64,000 nucleotides of DNA from Patescibacteria group bacterium (GCA_024654525.1 JANLHI010000002.1:16496-80495); one strand, 5' to 3'; numbered from the stretch's first letter, positions 9,095-19,076 are shown. Numbers and translations are program-made. The notes: generated by a model from the letters alone, not told the origin.

Positions 9095-9814
9095 TTATTT
9101 CGTATATTCATCTTCAGCAGTAAGGCGTTTAGCGACTTTCTTATCGGATTCGATTGAACCATCCATAAGCCGGATAATGCGTTCCGCGTGTTCGGCGGTA
9201 GAGGTTTCATGGGTAATAAGTATGATTGTTTTTCCGTGTTTCTCATTAAGATTCTGAATGATCGACATAACGTTTTTTCCTGATTTTGAATCCAAATTTC
9301 CCGTCGGTTCGTCGGCAAAAATAATTTCGGGATCGTTCACTAAAGCACGCGCAATGGCGACGCGTTGTTTCTCTCCGCCAGAAAGCTCGGCAGGGCTGTG
9401 TTCCGCACGATGCGTGAGGCCAACCGATTCAACGGCATCTTGTGCACGCGTATTCCATTCGCGTTCGGGGATATTCGAATACATAAGAGGTAGTTTCACA
9501 TTTTCAAGTACCGACGTGCGAGGAAGAAGATTGAACATCTGAAATACGAATCCGATTTTTTCGTTGCGTATTTTTGCGAGTTCTTCCGAAGAATATTCCG
9601 CGATATTTTTTCCTTCAAGAAGATATTCACCGCGTGTAGGTTCATCAAGAAGTCCCAGGAGGTGCAATAACGTTGATTTTCCGCTTCCCGAGGGCCCCAT
9701 AATGGCAAGAAATTCGCCTTTCCGTACGGAAAAATTTACACCGCACAGTGCGTTAGTTTCCGTTTTTCCGTCTCGATATGACTTCGTAAGATCTTTTGCG
9801 TGAATAATATTCAT
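9095..9814 (-). CDS. ABC transporter ATP-binding protein (MacB/LolD-like)
   Basis: Walker [13 protein letters not shown] signature [15 protein letters not shown] and Walker [10 protein letters not shown] are present. Confidence 0.9.
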   Translation of the reverse strand: MNIIHAKDLTKSYRDGKTETNALCGVNFSVRKGEFLAIMGPSGSGKSTLLHLLGLLDEPTRGEYLLEGKNIAEYSSEELAKIRNEKIGFVFQMFNLLPRTSVLENVKLPLMYSNIPEREWNTRAQDAVESVGLTHRAEHSPAELSGGEKQRVAIARALVNDPEIIFADEPTGNLDSKSGKNVMSIIQNLNEKHGKTIILITHETSTAEHAERIIRLMDGSIESDKKVAKRLTAEDEYTK

Positions 9815-9841
9815 TAGTGGGGATACAACGCTGCAACGTTG

Positions 9842-11404
9842 CTATTGAGAGTACGCGACGATGTTGTCACCCTCGGAGAGTCCGGAGATGATTTCAACGT
9901 TTCCTTCGGATCCGCGAAGCCCCGTGGTTATTTCGCGATCCTCAATCCCTCCATCGGAGAGTATGACACTCACAAATCTTTTCCCATTGATTTCGCGAAC
10001 GGCTCGTTGGGGAATAACAAGAACGTCCTTTTTAATTCCGATTATCAAGTTTACATTTGCGGTCATGCCGGGTTTTATACGCGCGTCTTCCTTGTCGAGC
10101 GAAAATGTCGCTTTGTAGGTGGGGACACCTTCGATAATGGTTGCCGCCGGGTCAATGCTGATGATGATTGCAGAGAATATGATGTCGTTTCCATACGCAT
10201 CAAGAGTTACCATTGCGGAGTTTCCCACTTCCATTTTCGCGATATCCACTTCGGCGACATTCGATTCTATTTGCAATGCACCGTTTGAAATAATAGAAAT
10301 AATGGACTGATTTGCAGTAACAAGTGCTCCCACTTTTGAATCCTGACGAGTCACTATTCCGTTCAGAGGACTACGCAGTACACTTTTTTCAAGCTGTATT
10401 TGTGTGGTACGCAATGCCGCATCAAGCTGGCTTACCGTTGCTTCTTGTGCGGTAATGTCTTGCGGGTCGCTTCCGGCAAGTTTTAAATCAAGCTCGCTCT
10501 TTTTTTGTGCAACGTCTATTTTTTGAGTGGCGATTGATTCCACTTCTCCATTTATGTTGGAAAGAGCGGTGTCGATACTGGTACGTCCGGTGGCAACATA
10601 TGATTTGTAAATGAGTGCGGTAGCGGGATCAAGCGAGGATGCGGCCCCAGTGACTGCTTCCATGGTTTTATCAAGAAGTCTTCGCGTGGTCATGAGATAT
10701 GCGCGACTTTTAAGAAGCATGCTTTCAAGTACCTCATTGGAAGTTGAGGAAGTGATTGACGTAAGTTCACGTCCCCATGCGGTAAGATTATCACCGGTGA
10801 TAGCGCGCAACGACGAGGCATCTGTGGTCGTTTGAGTACTGTTTGCTTCGAAGGATAATGCCGCATTTGTGTGCTCATCGTTTATAAAGAGGGGATCAAG
10901 CTGTTTGCGAACAGTGTCATCCGTTTTGGAATATGCGTCGTGGAGTACATCGGGAACACCATTAAAAATATTAGAAAGATCCTGTTCTTCTTTTTCGAGT
11001 GATGTTTGGGCAATCGTTATGTCTTCGTCGCGAGGACCTCGGTTCAAAGCCTCGAGCCTTGCGAGTGCCACAGTCTTATTCGCTTCGGCTTGGTCGACTG
11101 CCGCAGTAAGTTCTCGAGTATCGAGTGAGACGAGTATGGTTCCCCGTGCAACACGTGTCCCCACATGGGCATATATGTTTGCTACCGTACCACTTTTCTC
11201 AAATCCAAGTTCGATGTCGTCTTTCGGCCTGATTTTCCCGGTTACGATTACTTCTTGCGTGATGGAACCGCGTAACACGGTGATAGTGCGTTCCGGTGCG
11301 TTCCCTCCGCGTTGTGAAAAGAATATCCACGTGCCAGTAATAACAACAACCACCACCACCCCGATCACATATTTCCTCTTTGAACTTTCAGCGGTATATT
11401 TCAT
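9842..11404 (-). CDS. HlyD/MacA-family periplasmic adaptor (membrane-fusion protein)
   Basis: An N-terminal TM anchor is followed by a lipoyl/beta-barrel region flanking a long coiled-coil hairpin. It is co-oriented with the ATPase and permease genes. Confidence 0.75.
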   Translation of the reverse strand: MKYTAESSKRKYVIGVVVVVVITGTWIFFSQRGGNAPERTITVLRGSITQEVIVTGKIRPKDDIELGFEKSGTVANIYAHVGTRVARGTILVSLDTRELTAAVDQAEANKTVALARLEALNRGPRDEDITIAQTSLEKEEQDLSNIFNGVPDVLHDAYSKTDDTVRKQLDPLFINDEHTNAALSFEANSTQTTTDASSLRAITGDNLTAWGRELTSITSSTSNEVLESMLLKSRAYLMTTRRLLDKTMEAVTGAASSLDPATALIYKSYVATGRTSIDTALSNINGEVESIATQKIDVAQKKSELDLKLAGSDPQDITAQEATVSQLDAALRTTQIQLEKSVLRSPLNGIVTRQDSKVGALVTANQSIISIISNGALQIESNVAEVDIAKMEVGNSAMVTLDAYGNDIIFSAIIISIDPAATIIEGVPTYKATFSLDKEDARIKPGMTANVNLIIGIKKDVLVIPQRAVREINGKRFVSVILSDGGIEDREITTGLRGSEGNVEIISGLSEGDNIVAYSQ

Positions 11405-11575
11405 GATATGCTTGAATTTAATCGATTGTTTGGATAATATATCATTGTTGTATCTTTGTGAAATTGCCTTCTGGCGCTTTCCGGGAGTATATTCATAAAG
11501 AGATGTTATATTTTGAGCAGGTGTCCCTCATCTCCTTCAGAGGATAAACTCCACGGCAATCGCAGTTCATTATAT

Positions 11576-11650
11576 GCGCGAGTGGCGAAACGGCAGACCT
11601 GCCTGCCGGCAGAGAGCGGACAACTCGTTCCTATCGACCGTTTCGCCTTA
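11576..11650 (+). ncRNA. tRNA-derived structured element (partial duplicate of the tRNA-Leu 5' half); not a canonical tRNA
   Basis: GCGCGAGTGGCGAAACGGCAGAC matches the tRNA-Leu 5' half. GGCGAAACGG pairs with CCGTTTCGCC 45 nt downstream. No anticodon arm or T arm is recognisable. Confidence 0.3.
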
Positions 11651-11746
11651 TCTGCACTGAGAAGTTTGGGACTCGTAGTGATGCGCGAGTTCGGGAGAAG
11701 TACTTGAAATCCGGTATAGGAAAGGAGTATATTAAGGCAATACTAT

Positions 11747-11829
11747 GCGCGGGTGGCGAAACGGCAGACGCACTACCTTGAGGTGGTAGCGCCCGCAAGG
11801 GCGTGCAGGTTCAACTCCTGTCCCGCGCA
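11747..11829 (+). tRNA. tRNA-Leu (anticodon GAG), type II with a long variable arm
   Basis: Acceptor GCGCGGG/CCCGCGC. Anticodon stem CTACC/GGTAG with loop TTGAGGT. T-arm GGTTCAACTCC. CCA is not encoded. Confidence 0.85.
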
Positions 11830-11954
11830 CAATCTGGCTCTCAAAAAGCCGAAATGTTTTGCCTTAGTGTATTTATACAACCAAGTTCGCACCTATTTCC
11901 AAAACAAATAATGTCGCAATTGAGAATTTATTATAATAATGCCATCATGATTTT

Positions 11955-13268
11955 TTGAACCAAAAAGGATTTGCAAACATAGTAATGCTTATTGTCGCAG
12001 CCCTCGCTATCGCCGGAGTAGGCGGTTATTTCGTTTTGAATCGGCAGGCGCCATTACCGGAACCTACGCCGACACCAACACCGAATCCAATTGAAAATCC
12101 TAGTCCGACCCCAACTCCTATTCAAATTCCCAAACAGCCTGCTCAATTCCAAAATCCTAAAAATATTCCGCAAGCTCATAATACTTTCGGATTTAATTCC
12201 ATCAAGATACTTGTCAAAGAAGAAGGAAATAAAAATGTTTTTATTTCGCCTTCCAGCATCGCTTTGGCGCTGTCTATGGTCTATAACGGCGCAAATGGAG
12301 AGACAAAAAATGCCATGCAGAAAACTTTACAATTTCAAAATTTGGACATCGCTACTGTCAATCAAGAAAGTTTAGGACTTATCAACAGCTTAAAAAATCC
12401 TGATCCGAAAGTAGAACTTTCGGTGGTAAATTCAGTATGGGCAAGAAATGGTGTAGATTTTAAGAAAGATTTTCTAAGTGCGGTTGGAAGTTATTTTAAC
12501 GCCGAGATTTCAACTCTTGATTTTTCCAACTCAAATGCGGCAAACACAATAAACGCTTGGGTTGATAAAAATACTAAAGGAAAAATACCCACCATAGTAA
12601 CTCCTCCTATTCCGTCAGATATGGTGATGTATCTTATCAACGCGGTTTATTTTAAGGGAAGCTGGACTACTGAATTTGATAAGAAATTAACAGAAGACAG
12701 AAATTTTACTACTGCTGATGGTGTTTCTAAAAAACATCCGCTTATGCGACAGTATGGTGATTTGCCATATCTTGAAATGGAGGATTTCCAAAGCGTGAAT
12801 CTTCCATATGGTACAAACAAGCGATTAAGTATGTATGTATTTTTGCCAAAAAATCTCAATAGTTTTGTTCAAACTTTGGATACGAATAAATGGAATGATT
12901 GGATGAAACAATATAAAGAAACAGAAGGCACTATATTGCTTCCGAGATTTAAAATGGAATACGAAAAGGGATTGATACCGATGCTGACACAGCTAGGTAT
13001 GGGAGTTGCATTTCAAGATAACGCTGACTTGACTGGCATTGGTGATAGTCTAAAAATCAGCGAGGTCAAACATAAAACCTATGTTGATGTAAATGAAGAA
13101 GGGACGGAAGCCGCCGCGGTAACAAATGTGGGTGTAGGCACTACATCAGTTATGCCGGCGCAAAAAACATTCTACATGGAAGTCAACCGTCCTTTCTTCT
13201 TTGTGATTAGAGACAATCAAACCCAAGAGGTATTGTTCATGGGAACAATACAAAATCCTTCTAAATAG
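11955..13268 (+). CDS. Serpin (serine protease inhibitor) with an N-terminal membrane anchor and a Pro/Thr-rich linker
   Basis: FISPSSIALALSMVYNGANGETK, NAVYFKGSWTTEFD, the hinge/reactive-centre loop EEGTEAAAVTNVGVGTTSVMP and the C-terminal FFFVIRDNQTQEVLFMGTIQNP are all serpin motifs. Confidence 0.85.
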   Translation: MNQKGFANIVMLIVAALAIAGVGGYFVLNRQAPLPEPTPTPTPNPIENPSPTPTPIQIPKQPAQFQNPKNIPQAHNTFGFNSIKILVKEEGNKNVFISPSSIALALSMVYNGANGETKNAMQKTLQFQNLDIATVNQESLGLINSLKNPDPKVELSVVNSVWARNGVDFKKDFLSAVGSYFNAEISTLDFSNSNAANTINAWVDKNTKGKIPTIVTPPIPSDMVMYLINAVYFKGSWTTEFDKKLTEDRNFTTADGVSKKHPLMRQYGDLPYLEMEDFQSVNLPYGTNKRLSMYVFLPKNLNSFVQTLDTNKWNDWMKQYKETEGTILLPRFKMEYEKGLIPMLTQLGMGVAFQDNADLTGIGDSLKISEVKHKTYVDVNEEGTEAAAVTNVGVGTTSVMPAQKTFYMEVNRPFFFVIRDNQTQEVLFMGTIQNPSK

Positions 13269-13430
13269 GAATAACCGCCCATTTTTTTGAAAGAAACAGA
13301 AGCGAATCCCGCCCGCTTGCGTGGCTAAAGCCACTTCAGCGAGGCGCTGGCGGGCTTTCTCGGAGCGTGCGACTTAGTTTCGCTTCACCACGCGCTCCGC
13401 GCGTGGTAGCTTGAATTATATAATAGCAAC

Positions 13431-14765
13431 ATGTTCAATTCACTTGTTTTTTATCTTGCAATTTATATCGGTTTACTCTTTCTACTCTCTTGGTTTGTTT
13501 CTAGAAAACAACAGGAGGAAGATTTTCTCATTGCGGGAAGAAATAGGAGTGGCTGGCAAATTCTCCTCTCCAAGTTCGCCGCTTCAATCGGTGCGGGTTA
13601 TTTCATAACTTATACAGGTTTCGCATACGAATACGGTGTCGGGGTTTTTGCTATGCTCGCTGGTCTTATCGCCGGTTTTTTATTCTTTGCGTATTGGGCT
13701 GCACCAAGAATTGCGGCTGGTTCACGAGAAGGAAAATTTTATACAATCGGGCATTTTGTGTATAGCAAATTCCAAAATAACAAAGCACGCTTTCTCGCCG
13801 ATATCTTTTCCAGCGCAATCTTGTTTAGTTGGTTATTAGTTGGGATTATTGGTAGTGGAAAAGTTATTGCCGATTTCGGTTTGCTTTCATACAACCTCGC
13901 CGTTGTTGCAACAAGCTTAGTGGTGCTTTGTTATTTACTGCTCGCCGGATATCGTGCGGTTCTTCTGACTGATATAGTGCAATCTGCCGTCATTTTTATT
14001 TTGATGATTGTGGTTACTTTTGGCATAATTGGTACTTCTCGCTTTGGAGAGTTACATTCTTTTTCTACGGCTAATCTTGATATTGGTGTTGCAATAGGGT
14101 TTTTCCTATTTGGCATTTTGAGCGTATTTTCTTACTCGGATCGATATCAACTTTCATATGCCGCCAAGAGCGAAAGAGGGTTAAAACACGGGCTCGGATT
14201 ATCTATCGTTCCAATTATTCTCATCGCGTATTTCCTGCTTCTGATAGGTGTGTTCATGGCTACCAAAGTTTCTGGTTTGGATTCGGGGCTTGTGTTCACG
14301 GAGGCGCTAAAGCAATTTCTCAATCCATCGTTAGTGCCGCTTGCCGTAGTGCTGTTTTTTGCGGGCATAATGAGTTCAGCCGATACTGATATTTACGCGA
14401 TTTCTTCTCACTATGCATTGTCAAAAACAAATAACACTAACTATATTAAAGATGTCCGGAGAGCGATGATTGGTTTAACGATTATTGTCACAATCCTCGC
14501 AATAACATTTCCTGATGTGGTGAAAGCTTCTATTGTTGCCGGAGCAGCATCGCTCCTGCTGTCATGGGCAATGATATATGTAATATCTGGCGGAAAAAAT
14601 CCAAATAGATTTATCGGATCGATTGTTACCTCAACAATAGGATTGGCACTTGCTATCATGTATTTTGGATTAGAACCAACGGTAGCGATTGCCATAGTAG
14701 TATTTGGTCCATTGGGACTACTGTACAAGGGACGCAAAAATAAATCAGAACTTATCGTAAGTTAG
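13431..14765 (+). CDS. Sodium:solute symporter family (SSF) transporter
   Basis: The protein is multi-TM. An N-terminal AGRNRSGW motif and the overall organisation fit SSF/PutP-PanF-like transporters. Confidence 0.65.
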   Translation: MFNSLVFYLAIYIGLLFLLSWFVSRKQQEEDFLIAGRNRSGWQILLSKFAASIGAGYFITYTGFAYEYGVGVFAMLAGLIAGFLFFAYWAAPRIAAGSREGKFYTIGHFVYSKFQNNKARFLADIFSSAILFSWLLVGIIGSGKVIADFGLLSYNLAVVATSLVVLCYLLLAGYRAVLLTDIVQSAVIFILMIVVTFGIIGTSRFGELHSFSTANLDIGVAIGFFLFGILSVFSYSDRYQLSYAAKSERGLKHGLGLSIVPIILIAYFLLLIGVFMATKVSGLDSGLVFTEALKQFLNPSLVPLAVVLFFAGIMSSADTDIYAISSHYALSKTNNTNYIKDVRRAMIGLTIIVTILAITFPDVVKASIVAGAASLLLSWAMIYVISGGKNPNRFIGSIVTSTIGLALAIMYFGLEPTVAIAIVVFGPLGLLYKGRKNKSELIVS

Positions 14766-14863
14766 TTGTTATACGTACTCTCTTCAGATTCGCGGCGGAG
14801 GCGGTGGATGTAACAAAAAATCACCGACGGATCGGTGATTTTTTGTCGCGCTTTCCGAATCAA

Positions 14864-15571
14864 TTATTGATTGGTGCGGAAAAAACTTGGCCATACCATA
14901 CTCATGTTTCCTGCACTATCAACACCTCGGACGAGGTAGTAATAGGTAGTATTTGATTGAAGGTTTGAAACCATAACTGCGTGGTTGGTTTGAAAGCCAC
15001 CCGCATCAATTGCAAGTGTTCCGCTTACATATGGCTGTTGATGAGGCCCTGTCGCCTCACTGAACTGGAGAGGTGTGTTACTCCAGTAGACTTGACCTTG
15101 TGTCGGTTCGTTGCTTGCCCATGTGAAGGTTGCACTTGTATTTGTGTGCTGAACCATAGGATTGCTCAAGCTTGGTGAAGTATCCCACCATACCTGACTT
15201 CCTCCTCCAGAGCCAAGCAAGCTATTGATTCTTGCCATCGTCTGTGGCCCAACACGGCCATACCCGGTTGTCTCTGGCGTTCCTTGGGAAACAATTCCCT
15301 GCGTTGCCTGGAATCTTTCTACTGCCGCTTTGGTAAGCTGACCGAAATATCCAGTAACCAAACCTTCAGGATAGATACTCGTGTTTGTCGCGAGGTATGT
15401 CTGAAGTTCAGTAACTTCTAAGTTGCTATCACCAAAATCCAAATGGCTGGTAATGGCGGCATAAGCACTCTGAGTTCCGAGGAGCGAGAAGGTAAGTATT
15501 GCAATCATCGTTCCACTAAAGAGAAGCCCTATGCGTGACGAGTTTCTTTGTAAATTTATTATTTTGTTCAT
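14864..15571 (-). CDS. Secreted protein with a peptidoglycan-binding domain and a C-terminal Fn3/purple-acid-phosphatase-N-like domain
   Basis: A signal peptide is followed by the PG_binding_1-like segment LQTYLATNTSIYPEGLVTGYFGQLTKAAVERFQATQGI. The C-terminal region contains TFTWASNEPTQGQVYWS...TTYYYLV. Confidence 0.55.
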   Translation of the reverse strand: MNKIINLQRNSSRIGLLFSGTMIAILTFSLLGTQSAYAAITSHLDFGDSNLEVTELQTYLATNTSIYPEGLVTGYFGQLTKAAVERFQATQGIVSQGTPETTGYGRVGPQTMARINSLLGSGGGSQVWWDTSPSLSNPMVQHTNTSATFTWASNEPTQGQVYWSNTPLQFSEATGPHQQPYVSGTLAIDAGGFQTNHAVMVSNLQSNTTYYYLVRGVDSAGNMSMVWPSFFRTNQ

Positions 15572-15707
15572 ATGATTTTTGTTTAGACTAATTTTAGAGA
15601 TTATTGAGACTTTTCACACAATCGACCTTTTATGTTTAATCTCCATACATGATGCCGTTTCCGAACCGTTACTATTACCATTACAGACATCATTACAGTG
15701 ACCTATC

Positions 15708-16289
15708 TTATGAGCTTTGCGTCCTATTTTTGAGTCCGCCCACCATTTCCTCTAATCTTTTAATATAGACTTCTAGTTTTTCTATGCGCTCTCCTGTTTT
15801 TATTTCAAACTGTTTTGTATGGTGAGCAAGCATTTCGGCAACGCCCATAATTTCCGTAACATCTTCGATGGCAAGAAGTATGATTGGCGGGAAAGCAGCA
15901 TCCTCCTTCACATGAATTTGGCGGGCGTTTAAAATCATGGTCTTGTGTCCGATTGAAGGAAAATCATGAGCAACTTCAAATCCTTTGAAAAAAGTGTTTT
16001 TAGGCAGAATATCCTCGAGTAATTTTCGTAGCGCGGGAATATCCCATTGGCCGTTTCCCAGTGCATACACAATTTGTTGTTCTGTATCTTTTGGGTCAAC
16101 CTGAAACACTCGATAGAAAGACTCGTTAGCCGCCATTACGCGAAAATTCTTATCTAAGATAAGGACGGGTTCACGAACAACGTCTACCACGGTCTTAATG
16201 TATGTCCAGCTTTTTTCCCAAAAATGATTTACAAAATCATCTCCGATCGCGATACGTGCCTGTTCCGCAACTTTTTTATTTTTTTCCAT
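15708..16289 (-). CDS. PAS-domain protein
   Basis: REPVLILDKNFRVMAANESFYRVFQV is a PAS core. No kinase domain is attached. Confidence 0.55.
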   Translation of the reverse strand: MEKNKKVAEQARIAIGDDFVNHFWEKSWTYIKTVVDVVREPVLILDKNFRVMAANESFYRVFQVDPKDTEQQIVYALGNGQWDIPALRKLLEDILPKNTFFKGFEVAHDFPSIGHKTMILNARQIHVKEDAAFPPIILLAIEDVTEIMGVAEMLAHHTKQFEIKTGERIEKLEVYIKRLEEMVGGLKNRTQSS

Positions 16290-16379
16290 ATAACGAATGC
16301 CGATAGAAATCCTTTCTTATTACAAGAACTCGCTATAATACGTAGAATGAACGGCTCTATGCTCGGCTTAACTTGTCTG

Positions 16380-16888
16380 ATGACTCCGAAGTAAAAAACA
16401 GAGCAAGAGGGGATTTTGACCGTAGCACACCACGACTATGAGAAAAGAATGAATTCGTATGCTTTTTTCAAGGTAAATAATCACGCAACTGGTCAAGATT
16501 TGGTGCAAGATACCTTCATAAAAACCTGGGACTATCTTGTCAGGGGGGGGAGATCGATTTGATGAAGCCCTTTTTATATCACGTCCTGAATCACCTGATT
16601 ATTAATACCGCAAGCACAAAACTTCTTCCCTCGATGTCCTTCTAGAAAAAGGGTTTGAACCAAGTCTCGACACTTCCGAACGTGTTTTTAATGTCTTTGA
16701 CGGTAAGGATGCGCTACTCCTCATTAAATATTTTCCGGCAAAATAGGAGAAAGTGATGCGTATGAGGCATGCGCAGGATCTCTCACTTAAAGAAATATCG
16801 CTTATTACGGGGCAATCGAGAAATGCTGTCGCCGTGCAAGCATATCGGGGTCTTGTAAAACTTAAAATATTACATAACCGTACCTAGA
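16380..16888 (+). pseudogene. ECF/sigma-70-family sigma factor pseudogene with multiple frameshifts
   Basis: Region 2 (DLVQDTFIKTWDYL, KPFLYHVLNHLIIN) and region 4 (LSLKEISLITGQSRNAVAVQAYRGLVKL) appear in three different frames. One shift falls at a G8 homopolymer near 16540. No ORF of 60 aa or more spans the region. Confidence 0.6.
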
Positions 16889-17006
16889 AATGTTTTTGAC
16901 AATCATAATCGAGGTAAAAGGTTCCCGATATCTTTTTTTGCCACAAAATTAAAACCAGTTCGTCCATATCTCCGCAGTAAAGCTGTCGGAGAATTTTTCG
17001 GATAGA

Positions 17007-18377
17007 TTAAATTCTTGCCAATCTTTTTTCTTTGAAAATTGGGACAACGTAAGCAATGATGGAAATAAGAAGTCCTGGAATAAATGCAAAGTTCACATTG
17101 ATTGGCAAAACAATCAGAGTCGCCAAGAAGCCAAGCAATATGCTCCAATAAGCAGATTTTTCGTTTTTAACTTTCCAAACTAATCCACCCAACAATGCGG
17201 GAGCAAAAATTATTAGAACTTGAACTGATACTATCGCAAGGGTTACAATGTCTTGCACAAAATAGGCGATAGCAAGCCCGACAAGTCCAAAAAGTGAGGC
17301 TGAAATTTTCCCGACCCTTAACACTTCTTCCTCTGAAGCATTTTTGTATTTTGCGAGGAAAAAATCCTTAGTAATAGTGGCGGAACCAACCATAATCCCA
17401 GTATCCACAGTAGACATAATAATCGCCAAAACGCTTGCAAGCCCCAAACCAAGCAGTCCGGACGGAAGAATTTCCGCCATCAATGCAAACATCGCGCCAT
17501 CAGCGTCGGCATTTGGCACAATATGGTAAGCAAGTAATCCAACCAGAATAGCCGCACCAATCACTCCAACTTTTAGTATGCCCGACCAGTAAAAAGCAAT
17601 TTTTGCGGTTCTTTCGTCAGTAGCGGCAAATACTCGTTGCCATGCATCGACTGATGTTAGGATTAATGGGAATCCAAGCAAAACGCCCGCCCAGAAAAAT
17701 ATCGGTCCATTGTAGTTATATAGATTAAAAAATCCTTCAGGGAGAATAAGAAGTTCTTTAATTCCCACCAAAGCAAAACCTTTTATGAAAAGAAAGATAA
17801 AAACAGGAAACATCACAAAAAATTGAAGCGCGTCCGTATAAAAATCTCCCTTTACGCCCGCGAGAGCGGTATACAAAATAGTTATGAGAGCGACTATTAA
17901 GAGAGCGGGCGTAAAAGATAAATTCGTCGTAACATTTATCAATTGAGCGAAAGCTACAAACTGAATTCCTGTTCCAAAAAAATATGCAATTAAAACAACT
18001 AGCCGACCGATTTTTCTTGCTCTATCCGAATATTGGTAAGCAAGATAATCTCCAAATGTATATGCTTTTTGTTCGTCGCCAAATTTTTTTATTCTTGGGG
18101 CAAGGTAGCCCATCAAGGCCCAACCCAAAGCCGAAGCAATCATAAAAAGTACTCCGAAAGAAATCCCTGTTTGAAAACTGGCACTTGCGACGCCAAGCAC
18201 CGTCCCCGCACCGACGCTTGTGGATAACGCGGTAAAAATTAAAAAGAAAAGTGTGGTGTTTCTATTGTTCACAAAATATCCTTCCGCTCCTTCTTTTTTG
18301 CTTAAATAAAAACCCAAGCCGAGAACGACCAACATATAAATAACGAGGACAAAAATATCAAGGGTTGATATATTCAT
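17007..18377 (-). CDS. Sodium:solute symporter family (SSF) transporter
   Basis: 456 aa, multi-TM, with SSF-like architecture. A conserved Gly-rich TM1 and AGR-like region is present. Confidence 0.7.
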   Translation of the reverse strand: MNISTLDIFVLVIYMLVVLGLGFYLSKKEGAEGYFVNNRNTTLFFLIFTALSTSVGAGTVLGVASASFQTGISFGVLFMIASALGWALMGYLAPRIKKFGDEQKAYTFGDYLAYQYSDRARKIGRLVVLIAYFFGTGIQFVAFAQLINVTTNLSFTPALLIVALITILYTALAGVKGDFYTDALQFFVMFPVFIFLFIKGFALVGIKELLILPEGFFNLYNYNGPIFFWAGVLLGFPLILTSVDAWQRVFAATDERTAKIAFYWSGILKVGVIGAAILVGLLAYHIVPNADADGAMFALMAEILPSGLLGLGLASVLAIIMSTVDTGIMVGSATITKDFFLAKYKNASEEEVLRVGKISASLFGLVGLAIAYFVQDIVTLAIVSVQVLIIFAPALLGGLVWKVKNEKSAYWSILLGFLATLIVLPINVNFAFIPGLLISIIAYVVPIFKEKRLARI

Positions 18378-18572
18378 AAAATGATAATGGCATGTTTATA
18401 AAATAAATTCTACTGGCCACTGATTTTTTAAAAGCGAGAATGGCTCGGCAGAAAGATTCGCTATGAGAAAAATTCGCAGAAAATGAAAGGAATTTTTTTA
18501 GGGGGCGCGTGAAGCATTAATCTATTTTGAAAATAGTGCGAGTTTGGTAAAATAAAAACACCAAAACAGAAC

Positions 18573-18598
18573 TCGCGCGCCGTGTGGCGCGTTTTTTG
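18573..18598 (+). terminator. Rho-independent terminator with no obvious upstream + strand CDS
   Basis: GCGCGCCGTGTGGCGCG hairpin followed by a T6 run. Confidence 0.4.
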
Positions 18599-18701
18599 TG
18601 TATATGCCTTGGATTTTTTCAATAGTTGCAAATCAAATACGGATTGCTTTTTATATTACAGTGTTGTGTAATATAACCGTCATCGGGGACTCCGGTGATT
18701 C

Positions 18702-18974
18702 TTGTTGCGGGTGCGCGACAAGAGGGGATTAACAATTGAAAATTGTGAGACTATGAAAAAAGAATGCATTCACACAGAGAGGGATAGGACGATGGCATGG
18801 GATGCGGCGCTGTTTATCATTGGAGTAGTGGGAATTGCGCCTATCGTTGTGGTTACCAAATCTTTTCTGGGAGCAATCATCTGGATGATGGCTCTTTGGG
18901 TTTTCCGCTCATGGGCGTTACGAAAAGAAAAGACAACCTGGAAGTGGCTCACTCGCGGTTATAAGGGCAAATAG
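18702..18974 (+). CDS. Small hypothetical membrane protein
   Basis: Two predicted TM helices (AALFIIGVVGIAPIVVV and AIIWMMALWVF). The start codon is uncertain. Confidence 0.3.
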   Translation: MLRVRDKRGLTIENCETMKKECIHTERDRTMAWDAALFIIGVVGIAPIVVVTKSFLGAIIWMMALWVFRSWALRKEKTTWKWLTRGYKGK

Positions 18975-19076
18975 GAGTGACAAATTTTAAAAGGAGGTGG
19001 CTGGACATTCGCGTTCAACCACCTTTTCCTATTTTAAATCCTCTCCATTTTTCCTTAAAAGAATGGTGCTACATAT

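Noticed and set aside
11513-11707. 64-aa ORF over the tRNA-like fragment
   Set aside because: It coincides with tRNA-derived structured sequence and has no coding signal. It is treated as a non-coding element.
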